Shown: positions 16,010 to 25,416 of the stretch, piece after piece
Position numbering within the stretch: position 1 is the first letter of the stretch
Layout of the letters: each line of letters starts with the position of its first letter
From: Synechococcus elongatus PCC 6301
GTDB taxonomy: Bacteria > Cyanobacteriota > Cyanobacteriia > Synechococcales > Synechococcaceae
DNA length: 32,000 nt
Reading direction: 5' to 3'
Assembly (NCBI RefSeq): GCF_000010065.1
Contig: NC_006576.1
Span: 570,001 to 602,000 of the forward strand
Position numbers and translations under genes: made by a program
The notes under the pieces: model-generated
The model's input: only the letters and a program-made list of their open reading frames with translations
The model's database searches: none
What the model was told of the DNA's origin: nothing

Positions 16010-17505
16010 CTACAGCGTCCATAGAGCTGCGAGAGTCGCCGCAGGCGTTGGGCACGATCGCCCGTCAGCCAGTCGGCACTGAAGCGCCAGTCCCAGTTGC
16101 CGGTGGCTTGCCCCGGTCGATTCATGCGGGCGCTGCTATCCAGCCCGAAGACATCTTGGAGCGGTGCGATCGCCCAATCTGCCGTCGAGCTCCAAGCCAA
16201 GCGGATCAGCTTCCACTCAATTTCCCAGCCCGACTCTGCGCCCAGATAATCCAGCACCGTTTGGCGATCGCTGTCATTGCGGGACAGGAACCAGCCGACG
16301 GTCGTGTCATTGTCGTGGGTGCCGGTGTAAGCCACCCAGCGACGACCCCAGTAGTTGTGCGGTAGATAGGCATTGCCGGCCCCAGAGTCAAAGGCGAACT
16401 GCAGAATCTTCATGCCCGGCAGCTCAAAGCGATCGCGCAGCGCTTCCACCTCCGGCGTAATCACACCGAGATCCTCTGCCAGAATCGGTAGCGCTCCCAG
16501 TTTTTGGCGAATCGTGCTCAGCAGATCAGCGCCTGGGGCTTTGACCCACTCTCCGTCGATCGCCGTTTCTTCACCAGCGGGAACCGACCAAAACGCCTCT
16601 AAACCGCGGAAGTGGTCGATGCGAATGTAGTCCACTAAGCTGAGGAGCTGTTGCAGCCGTTGCAACCACCAGCGATAGCCATCCGCCTGCAGCGCAGCCC
16701 AGTTGTAGACGGGATTGCCCCAGAGTTGGCCGGTTTCGGAGAAATAGTCAGGCGGCACACCGGCCTGCTGATCAACTGCGCCCGTTTCAGGATCGAGGGC
16801 AAAGAACTGAGGATTGGCCCAAACGTCCGCACTGTCATGAGCGACGTAGATCGGAATATCGCCAATCAGCGAAATATGGCGGGCTTGGGCTTCTTCCCGC
16901 AGGGCCAACCACTGCTCGCGAAATTGCCACTGCAGAAACTGCTGGAAGCCAATTTCGCCGCCCCAGCGATCGCGGGCTTTAGCCAAGGCTTGAGGTTGCC
17001 GCTGACGCAGCGCTTCCGGCCATTCTGTCCAAGGCTGACCTTGGCTAGCCAGCTTAATCGCCATGAACAGGGCGTAGTCATCCAGCCAATGGGCTTCCTG
17101 TTCACAGAAAGCTTGAAAGAGTTGGCGATCGCTGGAAGCCGCTCTTTGCAGGAATTGGCTGTAGGCACGGCGCAGCAGTTGATCGCGATAGGGCAAGACG
17201 CTGGCAAAATCGACGCGATCGCTCGGAAAAGCAGGACAGTCTGCCCAGTCCGATTCTTGGAGCCAGCCATCTTCTGCCAAGAGTTCAGGGCTGATCAGAG
17301 CGGGATTGCCAGCCAAGGCGGAATAGCAGAGGTAAGGCGAATAGCCATAGCCTGTCGGCCCAAGGGGCAACACTTGCCACAGTTGTTGTCCCGCCGTTGC
17401 CAACCAGTCAAGAAACTGCCGCGAGGCCGGACCAAGGTCGCCGCTGCCGAATGGCCCCGGCAACGAAGTGGGATGTAACAAAATGCCGGCGGCTCGTGTA
17501 AACAC
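16006..17505 (-). CDS. malQ: 4-alpha-glucanotransferase (amylomaltase, GH77)
   Basis: 499 aa. Motifs are AGILLHPTSLPGPFGSGDLG, YSPY, IGDIPIYV, IRIDHFRG, ILAEDLG and YTGTHDNDT. Its stop codon overlaps the menC start as ATGA. Confidence 0.92.
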   Translation of the reverse strand: MFTRAAGILLHPTSLPGPFGSGDLGPASRQFLDWLATAGQQLWQVLPLGPTGYGYSPYLCYSALAGNPALISPELLAEDGWLQESDWADCPAFPSDRVDFASVLPYRDQLLRRAYSQFLQRAASSDRQLFQAFCEQEAHWLDDYALFMAIKLASQGQPWTEWPEALRQRQPQALAKARDRWGGEIGFQQFLQWQFREQWLALREEAQARHISLIGDIPIYVAHDSADVWANPQFFALDPETGAVDQQAGVPPDYFSETGQLWGNPVYNWAALQADGYRWWLQRLQQLLSLVDYIRIDHFRGLEAFWSVPAGEETAIDGEWVKAPGADLLSTIRQKLGALPILAEDLGVITPEVEALRDRFELPGMKILQFAFDSGAGNAYLPHNYWGRRWVAYTGTHDNDTTVGWFLSRNDSDRQTVLDYLGAESGWEIEWKLIRLAWSSTADWAIAPLQDVFGLDSSARMNRPGQATGNWDWRFSADWLTGDRAQRLRRLSQLYGRCR

Positions 17506-17592
17506 GGCGCAACTCCAAGGGGCAAGACGTTTTCAGCGTACCCGCAGGCGTTGACCGATCGCGGCCGGTTGCTGCTGGGCTCCCCACCAGAC

Positions 17593-18228
17593 TCAGTCGT
17601 TTCTGGGACAAAGCCTGACTGTGGCGATCACATCCTGGTGAGTCACCATGTAGTCCAGCTCACTGTAAATCTCTAAAAGATCTGGGGGTAGCGCCGCCAA
17701 CAGCCGCACTTCTGCAATCTCTAGGAGCTGCCGGAGTTGGGGTTCACCCAAACGGTGCCCCAGCATTTGCAACTGATTGAGTACTTGCGATCGCGACCAG
17801 CGATAGGTGTAGGTCAAGGCTAGTAGCAGGCGATCAATGCCGGGCAGATTGGCGATCGCGACTTGGGTATACACCCAGAGCGGTGGCGGCATCGAGGGTA
17901 AGTCGTAGGCGATCGCTTCAGTTGGCGGCAGCCAGAGATCTGCCCAGTAGCGTTCCGCCAAAGCTTGATAGTCGGGCCAGTCCCACGCTGTTTCTGCTAA
18001 CTGCAACGCTTGCCAAATTTGCCGCCAAGCCTGCGCCACAGCCCAATCCGCTTGCGTGGGTGCCCCAATGCGATCGGTGGTAAGGGCTTGCAGCGGTTCC
18101 CCATAGCGCTCGTAGAGGGCAACAAAGGGAGCGGCAGTCTGCCACGGATTGGCTTGAAAAGCCTGCTGAATCGCCGGCGTTTCCTGTTGCAGCCAGTCGT
18201 GAACGGAGGGATGGGCAGAAGGGGGCAT
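17593..18228 (-). CDS. hypothetical protein with a C-terminal sigma-70 region-4-like helix-turn-helix
   Basis: The ATG at 18228 lies within track ORF 17593..18249, which starts at a TTG. The C-terminal segment LTYTYRWSRSQVLNQLQMLGHRLGEPQLRQLLEIAEVRLLAAL resembles an ECF sigma region 4. I see no recognisable region 2. The function is unknown. Confidence 0.55.
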   Translation of the reverse strand: MPPSAHPSVHDWLQQETPAIQQAFQANPWQTAAPFVALYERYGEPLQALTTDRIGAPTQADWAVAQAWRQIWQALQLAETAWDWPDYQALAERYWADLWLPPTEAIAYDLPSMPPPLWVYTQVAIANLPGIDRLLLALTYTYRWSRSQVLNQLQMLGHRLGEPQLRQLLEIAEVRLLAALPPDLLEIYSELDYMVTHQDVIATVRLCPRND

Positions 18229-18346
18229 CAGAACCAAGCAGCCCAGCAAGAATGCTCAGCAGTCTACCAAGATCCGCCACTGGCTTCGGGCTGGGCCGGG
18301 GGCGACAGCATCTTTTAGGCTGAGTGAAGACAGCATTGAGAGGATC

Positions 18347-19108
18347 ATGGCTGGTCACAGTAAATGGGCCAATATCAAGCGCCAAAAAGCGCGAGTTGAT
18401 GCCAAAAAAGCACAGGTTTTTGCCAGACTTTCGCGGGCGATGATTGTTGCAGCTCGACAAGGACTGCCGGATCCTGCCGCCAATTTTCAGCTACGGACGG
18501 CGATCGAAAAAGCCAAGGCGGCCGGCATCCCTAATGACAACATTGAGCGAGCGATCGCCAAAGGGGCAGGCACCCTCAGCGGCGACGGGCGGCAATTTGA
18601 GTCAGTGCGCTACGAAGGCTATGGCCCCAGCGGTATCGCCATTTTGATCGAAGCCCTAACCGATAACCGCAACCGTACCGCCGCCAATCTCCGCGCCGCT
18701 TTTAGTAAGCAGGGTGGCAATTTGGGCGAGACCGGCTGTGTCAGTTGGATGTTTCGCCAGCGCGGCGTGGTTCAGCTGACTGGGGCAATCGCTGAGGCGG
18801 ATCTACTAAAAGCCTTACTGGATCTGCCGGCTGAGTCCTATGACCTCGATGAGAGTGGCGCGATCGTCTACTGCAGCATTGCCGATCTCGAAGCGTTATC
18901 TACACAACTGCGGCAACTGGGCTACCCCGTCGAGGATAGTGAACTGCGCTGGATTCCCAACGACTATCAATTGGTCACGGACGGGGAACAGGCGCGATCG
19001 CTCCTGCGCTTATTAGACACCCTCGAAACCCTCGAGGACGTCTGCAGCGTCACCGCCAATCTCGAACTCCCGCCCGAACTGGTCACCGCCCTTGAGGCCA
19101 CGCTCTAG
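18347..19108 (+). CDS. yebC: YebC/PmpR-family protein (DUF28)
   Basis: 253 aa with the signature N-terminus MAGHSKWANIKRQKA. A GAGAGGA Shine-Dalgarno sequence lies just upstream of the ATG. Confidence 0.92.
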   Translation: MAGHSKWANIKRQKARVDAKKAQVFARLSRAMIVAARQGLPDPAANFQLRTAIEKAKAAGIPNDNIERAIAKGAGTLSGDGRQFESVRYEGYGPSGIAILIEALTDNRNRTAANLRAAFSKQGGNLGETGCVSWMFRQRGVVQLTGAIAEADLLKALLDLPAESYDLDESGAIVYCSIADLEALSTQLRQLGYPVEDSELRWIPNDYQLVTDGEQARSLLRLLDTLETLEDVCSVTANLELPPELVTALEATL

Positions 19109-19321
19109 ATGTTGAATTCAATGTCGAATCATCTATCCACCGACCTTGGCGCTGATGAGGATTACGCTGAAGAGTTTCAGGATCCACCGTTATCTCCCTG
19201 TTCCGGTGATTGGTCTGCCCACTGGGAGGAGCCCAATTCAGTCGCGATCGCTCCCGAGAGGCATCTCCAAGAGATAGTGACCACCGACACGGTTTTGTCC
19301 ATGTACTCGTCTGAACAATAG
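19109..19321 (+). CDS. hypothetical 70-aa acidic protein (uncertain)
   Basis: The ATG directly abuts the yebC TAG. The sequence is rich in Asp and Glu. By my count 40 of 70 codons end in G or C, but it also uses rare-looking codons (ATA, AGG, TTA, CTA). I recognise no family. Confidence 0.3.
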   Translation: MLNSMSNHLSTDLGADEDYAEEFQDPPLSPCSGDWSAHWEEPNSVAIAPERHLQEIVTTDTVLSMYSSEQ

Positions 19322-19369
19322 ACGTACGCTACAGTTTGGTGCAGGTTTAGGGCTGCAAATACCCTCGCT

Positions 19370-19852
19370 ATGGCCGATCCCATCTCCACCGAGCCCCAGT
19401 CGCAGGGGGATCCCTATCTTGCTTTTCAAGTCAGCAAGGGGGAAATTTTTGCGTTTGCGGCAACTAGCGTGCGAGAAGTGATTCTCCAACCCGCTGATTC
19501 GATCACGCCAATGCCCAATGTTGCTAAGCAGGTCTTGGGTATGTTCAATTTACGCGGTCGCGTGATTTGGGTAGGTGACCTAGCTCAGTTGTTGGGCCTG
19601 CCGAGTCAATTCCGCTCGGATCGTCCCGAGGTGCCGCTGCTGGCGATCGAGCATGGCAATGTTCTGATGGCCGTGATGATCGATCAACTCGGCGGCATGG
19701 TTTGGTTGAATCGACAGGAGCTACAGCCGATTAGCGGCCCTGCAAAACTCCAGACCTTTTGTCGGGGTGAACGCCCTGCCACGGAAACTGGGCGGGCAAT
19801 CCGTGTCTTAGACCCCACCGTTATCCTCAACCCCCAGCACTGGTCCCTCTAG
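19370..19852 (+). CDS. cheW: CheW-like coupling protein
   Basis: 160 aa with a CheW-domain pattern (YLAFQVSKGEIFAFAATSVREV...PNVAKQVLGMFNLRGRVIWVGDLAQLLGL). It is the first gene of the cheW-MCP-cheA run. Confidence 0.9.
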   Translation: MADPISTEPQSQGDPYLAFQVSKGEIFAFAATSVREVILQPADSITPMPNVAKQVLGMFNLRGRVIWVGDLAQLLGLPSQFRSDRPEVPLLAIEHGNVLMAVMIDQLGGMVWLNRQELQPISGPAKLQTFCRGERPATETGRAIRVLDPTVILNPQHWSL

Positions 19853-19867
19853 TTCCCCCTAAGCGCT

Positions 19868-22387
19868 ATGACTTCGATGGCATCTGAAGACCGCAGCCTC
19901 TCCTACGAGCAAGTTGAACAGGAGTACCTCAGTGGCCACTACAGTGAAGCAGCTGAGCTAGCTGAGGCACTGGTTCAGACTGAGCCGCAGAATCCTCGCC
20001 TGCGCTTGCTGCGCGGTCATATCTTCTACAGCTTGGGGCGCAATGACCAAGCACGGGTCGAGTACGAGCTGATCCGGGGAATCACGCCCGATCCCGACAT
20101 TCTCGAGCAGGCTCTGCTGGGAATGGACCGTTGTGATAGCCGCCCCCACGAGGACGTTAGTTCGGATATGGAAGGCACGGTGATTGTGCCGATTGGGGCA
20201 GCTTTGCCGGTGATCGAACAAGTGGATCCGTCGGCCCTAGCACTCGATTTGCCCCCGCTGAGTGGTACGGATACGATCGCAGAGGAACCTAGCTCCGATC
20301 GCGATGATGGCGACAATCCTTTTGCCACCGATCCGGCTAGCCCTGCCGCCTCTGAGACCGAGGCTGAGGCACCAGCCTGGTTAGCGGACATAGAAGAATC
20401 AGCATTTTCGTCCACGGATGAATCGAGTCCCGAACCTTGGGCAGAGGCTGCGGAAGCTGAAGAGACAGCGGTAGCGGAGCCAGCAGTAGAGGAAGCGATC
20501 GCCCCAGCGGCAGAAACGCTGATCGCCAGTGAGCCTGAGGCGATTCCAGAGCCGCTGTCGCCAGAAGTCGATCTTGCTGAATCGCAGCCGCCGATCACAG
20601 CGGACGAGACTGTCGTAGAAGTTGATCTGGCCGCAGAGTTCGCCGCCTTGGCTGAGCCAGAAGAGGTTGCCAGTGAGCCAGCCGCTTCTACTGCTGGGCT
20701 GGAGGAACCGGGGCCGGTCAGTTTTGACGCGATCGCTGATGAAGTGGCCAAAGAGGTGCTCGGTGCAGCAGAAACTGCCGTTGCGCCTCAGCCCGAGCTG
20801 AAAGCCAGTCCTGCCCCCGTTCTCGAGAACCTACCCACGCCGCCCAACCTCGCTGAAGCTGCCGCGATCGCTCGGCAACCAGTGACGTCCCCGCTGCGCC
20901 CCCAAGAGACCAAAGCCAATCGGGCAGCTGTTGCGGCCACTCCTGCCAGCAATGCACCCAAAGCCTTACCAACCCCGCCCAAGCAAACAGCAGAAACCCG
21001 TGTTGGCTTAATCGCCCTGGTCTCAGCCCTAGCTGCTGCTGCCGTAGGGGTGGTTGGCTGGCAAGCTTCAACACCCGAAGCCCGCAACCGCGTTGTGCTC
21101 GCCAGCATGGCCAGCATGGCTGTGGCTGGGGCTGCCTCTGCTGGTATTGCTCTGCAGCTGCAGAACCGGACGGGCAAGCGCTACCGCGATCTGCTGGAGC
21201 GACTTAATGAACAGTGCCAGCAGATGAGTAATGGCGACTTTGAAACGCCTCTCCAAGTCGGTGGCAACGATGATGTCGGGATGTTGGCCCTGCGCTTCGA
21301 TCGTATGCGCAGTGTCTTGGGCGATCGCATCAACCGCCAAGAGAAGCGCCTGACCACCCTAGAGCAGCAACGGGAAGGCCTCCAAAACCAGGTGATTCGT
21401 CTGCTGGACGACGTAGAGGGGGTAGCCCACGGTGACTTGACCGTTCAGGCTGAGGTGACGGCCGACGTTCTCGGGGCCGTGGCGGACTCGTTCAACCTGA
21501 CGATTCAGAACCTACGCGAGATCGTGGCCCAGGTGCGCGATGCAGCACTGCAGGTCAACGCAGCCGCAACCGACAACGAACAGTCCGCGAAAAACCTGTC
21601 AGCGGAAGCGCTCCACCAAGCCGAGGAACTCGCCGCTGCCCTCAACTCAGTCCAGGTGATGACGGAGTCGATTCAACGGGTTGCCATCAGTGCCAGCGAA
21701 GCGGAGTCGGTCGCCCGCGCTGCTTCGCAAACAGCTCTCAAGGGCGGTGAGGCGGTTGACAAGACCCTCTCAGGGATTTTGCGGATTCGCGAAACGGTGG
21801 CCGAAACAACCCGCAAGGTGAAGAAGCTGGCCGAGTCTTCCCAAGAAATTTCCAAGATCGTGGCGCTGATCTCGCAGGTCGCTTCACGAACCAACCTGTT
21901 GGCACTCAACGCCAGCATTGAGGCAGCTCGGGCCGGTCAAGCCGGACGAGGGTTTGCGATCGTTGCGGATGAGGTTCGCCAGCTGGCCGATCGCGCCGCG
22001 AAGTCCTCGAAGGAGATTGAGCAGATCGTGCTCAAGATTCAGAGTGAGACAGGTTTGGTAATGACTGCCATGGAGGAGGGTACCCAGCAGGTGATTCAAG
22101 GGACGCGACTGGCAGAACAGGCCCGTGGTGCTCTTGATGAAATCATTCAGGTTTCGACCAAAATTGACGACCTTGTCCAATCGATTACGGCCGACACTGT
22201 GCAACAGACCGCCATGTCTCGCAGCATGGCCGAGGTGATGCAGTCGGTGGAGACCACCGCTCAAAACACCTCTCAAGAGGCGCAGCAAGTGGCTGCTTCC
22301 CTGCAGGGCTTGGTAAATATTGCAGGGACGTTGCGAGAGTCTGTGGACCGCTTCCGCCTACAAGCATCGGCTGCTAAGGAGAACTGA
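19868..22387 (+). CDS. methyl-accepting chemotaxis protein with N-terminal TPR head, long acidic disordered linker, 2 TM helices, HAMP and MA domains
   Basis: 839 aa. The N-terminus is TPR-like ([41 protein letters not shown]). Roughly aa 95-375 are rich in E, A, P, S and D. TM helices lie at about 21000-21062 and 21091-21160, separated by only about 10 residues. The HAMP motif is [13 protein letters not shown], and the MCP hairpin tip is [31 protein letters not shown]. Confidence 0.9.
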   Translation: MTSMASEDRSLSYEQVEQEYLSGHYSEAAELAEALVQTEPQNPRLRLLRGHIFYSLGRNDQARVEYELIRGITPDPDILEQALLGMDRCDSRPHEDVSSDMEGTVIVPIGAALPVIEQVDPSALALDLPPLSGTDTIAEEPSSDRDDGDNPFATDPASPAASETEAEAPAWLADIEESAFSSTDESSPEPWAEAAEAEETAVAEPAVEEAIAPAAETLIASEPEAIPEPLSPEVDLAESQPPITADETVVEVDLAAEFAALAEPEEVASEPAASTAGLEEPGPVSFDAIADEVAKEVLGAAETAVAPQPELKASPAPVLENLPTPPNLAEAAAIARQPVTSPLRPQETKANRAAVAATPASNAPKALPTPPKQTAETRVGLIALVSALAAAAVGVVGWQASTPEARNRVVLASMASMAVAGAASAGIALQLQNRTGKRYRDLLERLNEQCQQMSNGDFETPLQVGGNDDVGMLALRFDRMRSVLGDRINRQEKRLTTLEQQREGLQNQVIRLLDDVEGVAHGDLTVQAEVTADVLGAVADSFNLTIQNLREIVAQVRDAALQVNAAATDNEQSAKNLSAEALHQAEELAAALNSVQVMTESIQRVAISASEAESVARAASQTALKGGEAVDKTLSGILRIRETVAETTRKVKKLAESSQEISKIVALISQVASRTNLLALNASIEAARAGQAGRGFAIVADEVRQLADRAAKSSKEIEQIVLKIQSETGLVMTAMEEGTQQVIQGTRLAEQARGALDEIIQVSTKIDDLVQSITADTVQQTAMSRSMAEVMQSVETTAQNTSQEAQQVAASLQGLVNIAGTLRESVDRFRLQASAAKEN

Positions 22388-22389
22388 GC

Positions 22390-25176
22390 ATGTCGTCCAC
22401 CAGTGATAACGTTTTGCGATCGCTGTTTCTACGAGAAACGCGTGAAAATCTCCAGCTGCTGACCCAGATGATTGGCCAGATGGAAGCTGGGCTGCCGGAT
22501 GCAAAAACCTTTGCAGACGCTTCGCGGGCCGCGCATTCGCTCAAGGGTGGAGCCGCCCTGCTCAAGTTCGAAACCTTCCGGCAACTGGCAGCTGGACTCG
22601 AGACTTGCCTGTCTCTGCTATCTGAAGCCGAGTTGCCCGACTACGAGGTGAGTCTCCCGCTGTTTCAACGGGCCGCCGCGCTGCTGATTACGGCGACCGA
22701 TCGCATTGAAGCGGGCGTTGAAGAGCAGGCTGTGGTGCCCGAGGAAGGGAACCCCCTGATTGAACAGCTCCAGGTTTTGCAGGAGATGCTGCAGGCAGCT
22801 GTGCAAGTGCCACCGGATCAATCCGCCGTTACCAGCACGCTCGAAGACTTGCTGACCCAAGATTTTGAGACAGTCTTGCTGCCGCCGACTCCTGATTTGG
22901 AGCAGACCCTCGATCAGCTCCTGGGCGACCTCGAGGAAACTCCCAGCCCGATCGCTGGCCAGGGAAGCGACGGCGATCGCCCAGCTTTAGAGGACCTCAA
23001 CTTTGACCTCGAGGACTGGATTGAGGCCAGCGAAGAAGAGTCTGAGACGGTCGAAATCGACATTGTGGCCCAGGTCAAAGCCCTGGAAGCTGCGATCGCT
23101 GACTTGACGCAGCACCCCCACGAGCAGCCCCTCAGCTTGGGCATCAAGGACGACATTCTGAGTGCGGTCATCCAAGCCGCTCCCCGTCTGCCGGTGGCCC
23201 TGACGCTAGAGCCAGTGGCTAAGGCCCGTACCCAGGACAATGGCAAAACCCCCGTTGTCTTTGAACAGACTCTGCGGGTGCCGGTGCGTCAGTTGGATAA
23301 CCTCAGCAACCTAGTCGGGGAGATTGTCGTCAGCCGGAATACCCTCGAAAGCGATCAGTCCCACCTACGGGAAACCCTCGAAAACCTGATGCTACAGGTG
23401 CACCAGCTGGGTGATTTGGGTGAGCGGATGCGGGAGCTCTACGAGCGATCGCTTCTGGAAACTGCCCTCGCTGCACGTCGCCAACTAGTTGGTAGTTCTA
23501 CAGCCGCTGGCTCTGCCGGAGCTTCGACCTTTCCCACCGAGCAATTCGACGACCTCGAACTCGATCGCTTTAGTGGTTTCCATTCCATTTCTCAAGAAAT
23601 GATGGAATTGCTAGTCCGTCTGCGCGAGGCAGCCTCGGACATTGACTTCATGGTCAATGAACCCTTTGACCAACTGACCCGCAACTTCCAGCAAATTACC
23701 CTGCAGTTGCAAAGCGAGTTGAACCAGACTCGAATGGTCCCCTTCTCGGACCTGACGGATCAACTGCCACGGGCTGTCCGCGAAATCTCACGGCGCTGTG
23801 GCAAGGGTGCCCGTCTGGAGATCGAAGGGAAAGACATCTTGATTGACAAGATGATCCTGCAGAAACTGCAGGCGCCCATGACTCACCTGATCAACAACGC
23901 CCTCAGTCATGGCATTGAAACGGCAGAAATTCGCCAATACCGCAATAAATCAGCGGAGGGAACCCTGGTCGTTCGTGCCTCACTCCAGGGCAATCGGACC
24001 CTAATCACTGTTACCGATGATGGGGCCGGGATCGATGCTGAGCAGGTCAAGCTCAAAGCTTTGGCACGGGGTTTGATCACCCCAGAAGAAGCCGCAGGGA
24101 TGCGGGTGCGGGAGATCTATGAACTCCTGTTCCGACCCGGCTTCAGTACCCGAGATCAGGCCGATGAATTGGCGGGCCGCGGGGTGGGGCTAGATGTGGT
24201 TCGCCGGGCGCTCCATGAAATTCAGGGCGAGATCGTGGTGGATTCGGAGCTGGGGAAAGGGACAACCTTTACCTTCCGCTTGCCCCTCGCTCTCTCGATT
24301 ACCAAGGCTTTGACCTGCCTCCACGAACGGGCGCGTTTGGCCCTCCCGATGGATAGCGTTGAGGAAATGCTGGATATTCCCCAGCAGCGCCTCGCGATGG
24401 ATCCCCAGGGGCAGTTGCGCCTGGATTGGCACAATTTGTCGCTCCCCGTCTTCCCGCTCTCATCCCTCCTCGACTTCCATCTGCCGTTTGGGCGATCGCG
24501 CTATTACAACAGTCTGGGCGATGACGGTGTCGTCTCGATTGTCGTTCTGCGTAATGACAACGAGTACCTCGCCGTTCAGACCGATCAGATTGAAGGGGAA
24601 CGGGAAATTGTGATCAAGCAGATCGAAGGTCCGATCGCCAAACCCCTCGAGATCTTGGGCATCACCGTCCGCTCTGACGGTCAGGTCATGCCGATCGTGG
24701 ACGTCTTGGAACTGTTTGATATTGCCTACGGCCGCGTCCGTCAGCGTCAAGTAGCCCCCGTAGCCCCCAGTGCTGGCGAGACGAGAACCAATACAGAACC
24801 GATGGTGCTGATCGTCGATGACTCGATCACGGTGCGTGAGCTGCTGTCGATGACCTTCAAAAAGGCGGGCTATGTGGTGGAACAAGCGCGCAACGGCCAA
24901 GAAGCCCTAAAGAAGCTCTATTCGGGTCTGCCCTGCGATTTGGTTTTCTGCGATATCGAAATGCCGAAGATGAATGGGCTAGAGCTCTTAGAGCGGCTTC
25001 AGGCTGATCCCAAGCTGCGGAGTTTACCGGTGGCGATGCTGACATCGCGAGGCGCTGATCGCCATCGTCAAATTGCTGCCCACTTGGGCGCTCGGGCTTA
25101 CTTCACAAAACCCTATCTAAAAGAGCAGCTGTTGGAAGCCTCGGCTCGCTTGAGAAATGGCGAACGACTCATTTAA
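22390..25176 (+). CDS. cheA: hybrid CheA histidine kinase (Hpt - linker - dimerisation/HATPase - CheW-like - receiver)
   Basis: 928 aa. The Hpt motif is AAHSLKGGAA, with the His codon at 22534-22536. HATPase motifs are DDGAGID, GRGVGLDVV and GKGTTFTF. A CheW-like region follows. The C-terminal receiver reads MVLIVDDSITVRE...DLVFCDIEMPKMNG...LTSRG...TKP. Confidence 0.92.
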   Translation: MSSTSDNVLRSLFLRETRENLQLLTQMIGQMEAGLPDAKTFADASRAAHSLKGGAALLKFETFRQLAAGLETCLSLLSEAELPDYEVSLPLFQRAAALLITATDRIEAGVEEQAVVPEEGNPLIEQLQVLQEMLQAAVQVPPDQSAVTSTLEDLLTQDFETVLLPPTPDLEQTLDQLLGDLEETPSPIAGQGSDGDRPALEDLNFDLEDWIEASEEESETVEIDIVAQVKALEAAIADLTQHPHEQPLSLGIKDDILSAVIQAAPRLPVALTLEPVAKARTQDNGKTPVVFEQTLRVPVRQLDNLSNLVGEIVVSRNTLESDQSHLRETLENLMLQVHQLGDLGERMRELYERSLLETALAARRQLVGSSTAAGSAGASTFPTEQFDDLELDRFSGFHSISQEMMELLVRLREAASDIDFMVNEPFDQLTRNFQQITLQLQSELNQTRMVPFSDLTDQLPRAVREISRRCGKGARLEIEGKDILIDKMILQKLQAPMTHLINNALSHGIETAEIRQYRNKSAEGTLVVRASLQGNRTLITVTDDGAGIDAEQVKLKALARGLITPEEAAGMRVREIYELLFRPGFSTRDQADELAGRGVGLDVVRRALHEIQGEIVVDSELGKGTTFTFRLPLALSITKALTCLHERARLALPMDSVEEMLDIPQQRLAMDPQGQLRLDWHNLSLPVFPLSSLLDFHLPFGRSRYYNSLGDDGVVSIVVLRNDNEYLAVQTDQIEGEREIVIKQIEGPIAKPLEILGITVRSDGQVMPIVDVLELFDIAYGRVRQRQVAPVAPSAGETRTNTEPMVLIVDDSITVRELLSMTFKKAGYVVEQARNGQEALKKLYSGLPCDLVFCDIEMPKMNGLELLERLQADPKLRSLPVAMLTSRGADRHRQIAAHLGARAYFTKPYLKEQLLEASARLRNGERLI

Positions 25177-25179
25177 ACG

Positions 25180-25416
25180 ATGGAACGTTTTGCGGGCATT
25201 GCCCTCGCTCTCTTCGGGCTATTTTGCCTTTTCCTACCCACGACTCGTCGCGATCGCTGGTTATCAGCGGTTCCGGCGATTGTGGCTGGTGGAATGTTGC
25301 ACTGGCAATCGGAACGCGATCGCCAAGAGCAGGCTCAGCGTCAGGCAGATCAGCCTTTGGATCTAGAAGCAGGGGACGTTTTGGACCCGACTCGGAACAA
25401 GCCTGGCCGTACCTAA
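25180..25416 (+). CDS. hypothetical small membrane protein (two hydrophobic segments)
   Basis: The ATG lies 3 nt after the cheA stop codon. The hydrophobic segments are FAGIALALFGLFCLFL and WLSAVPAIVAGGML, followed by a charged Gln/Arg/Asp-rich tail. Codon choice looks coding-like. Confidence 0.5.
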   Translation: MERFAGIALALFGLFCLFLPTTRRDRWLSAVPAIVAGGMLHWQSERDRQEQAQRQADQPLDLEAGDVLDPTRNKPGRT

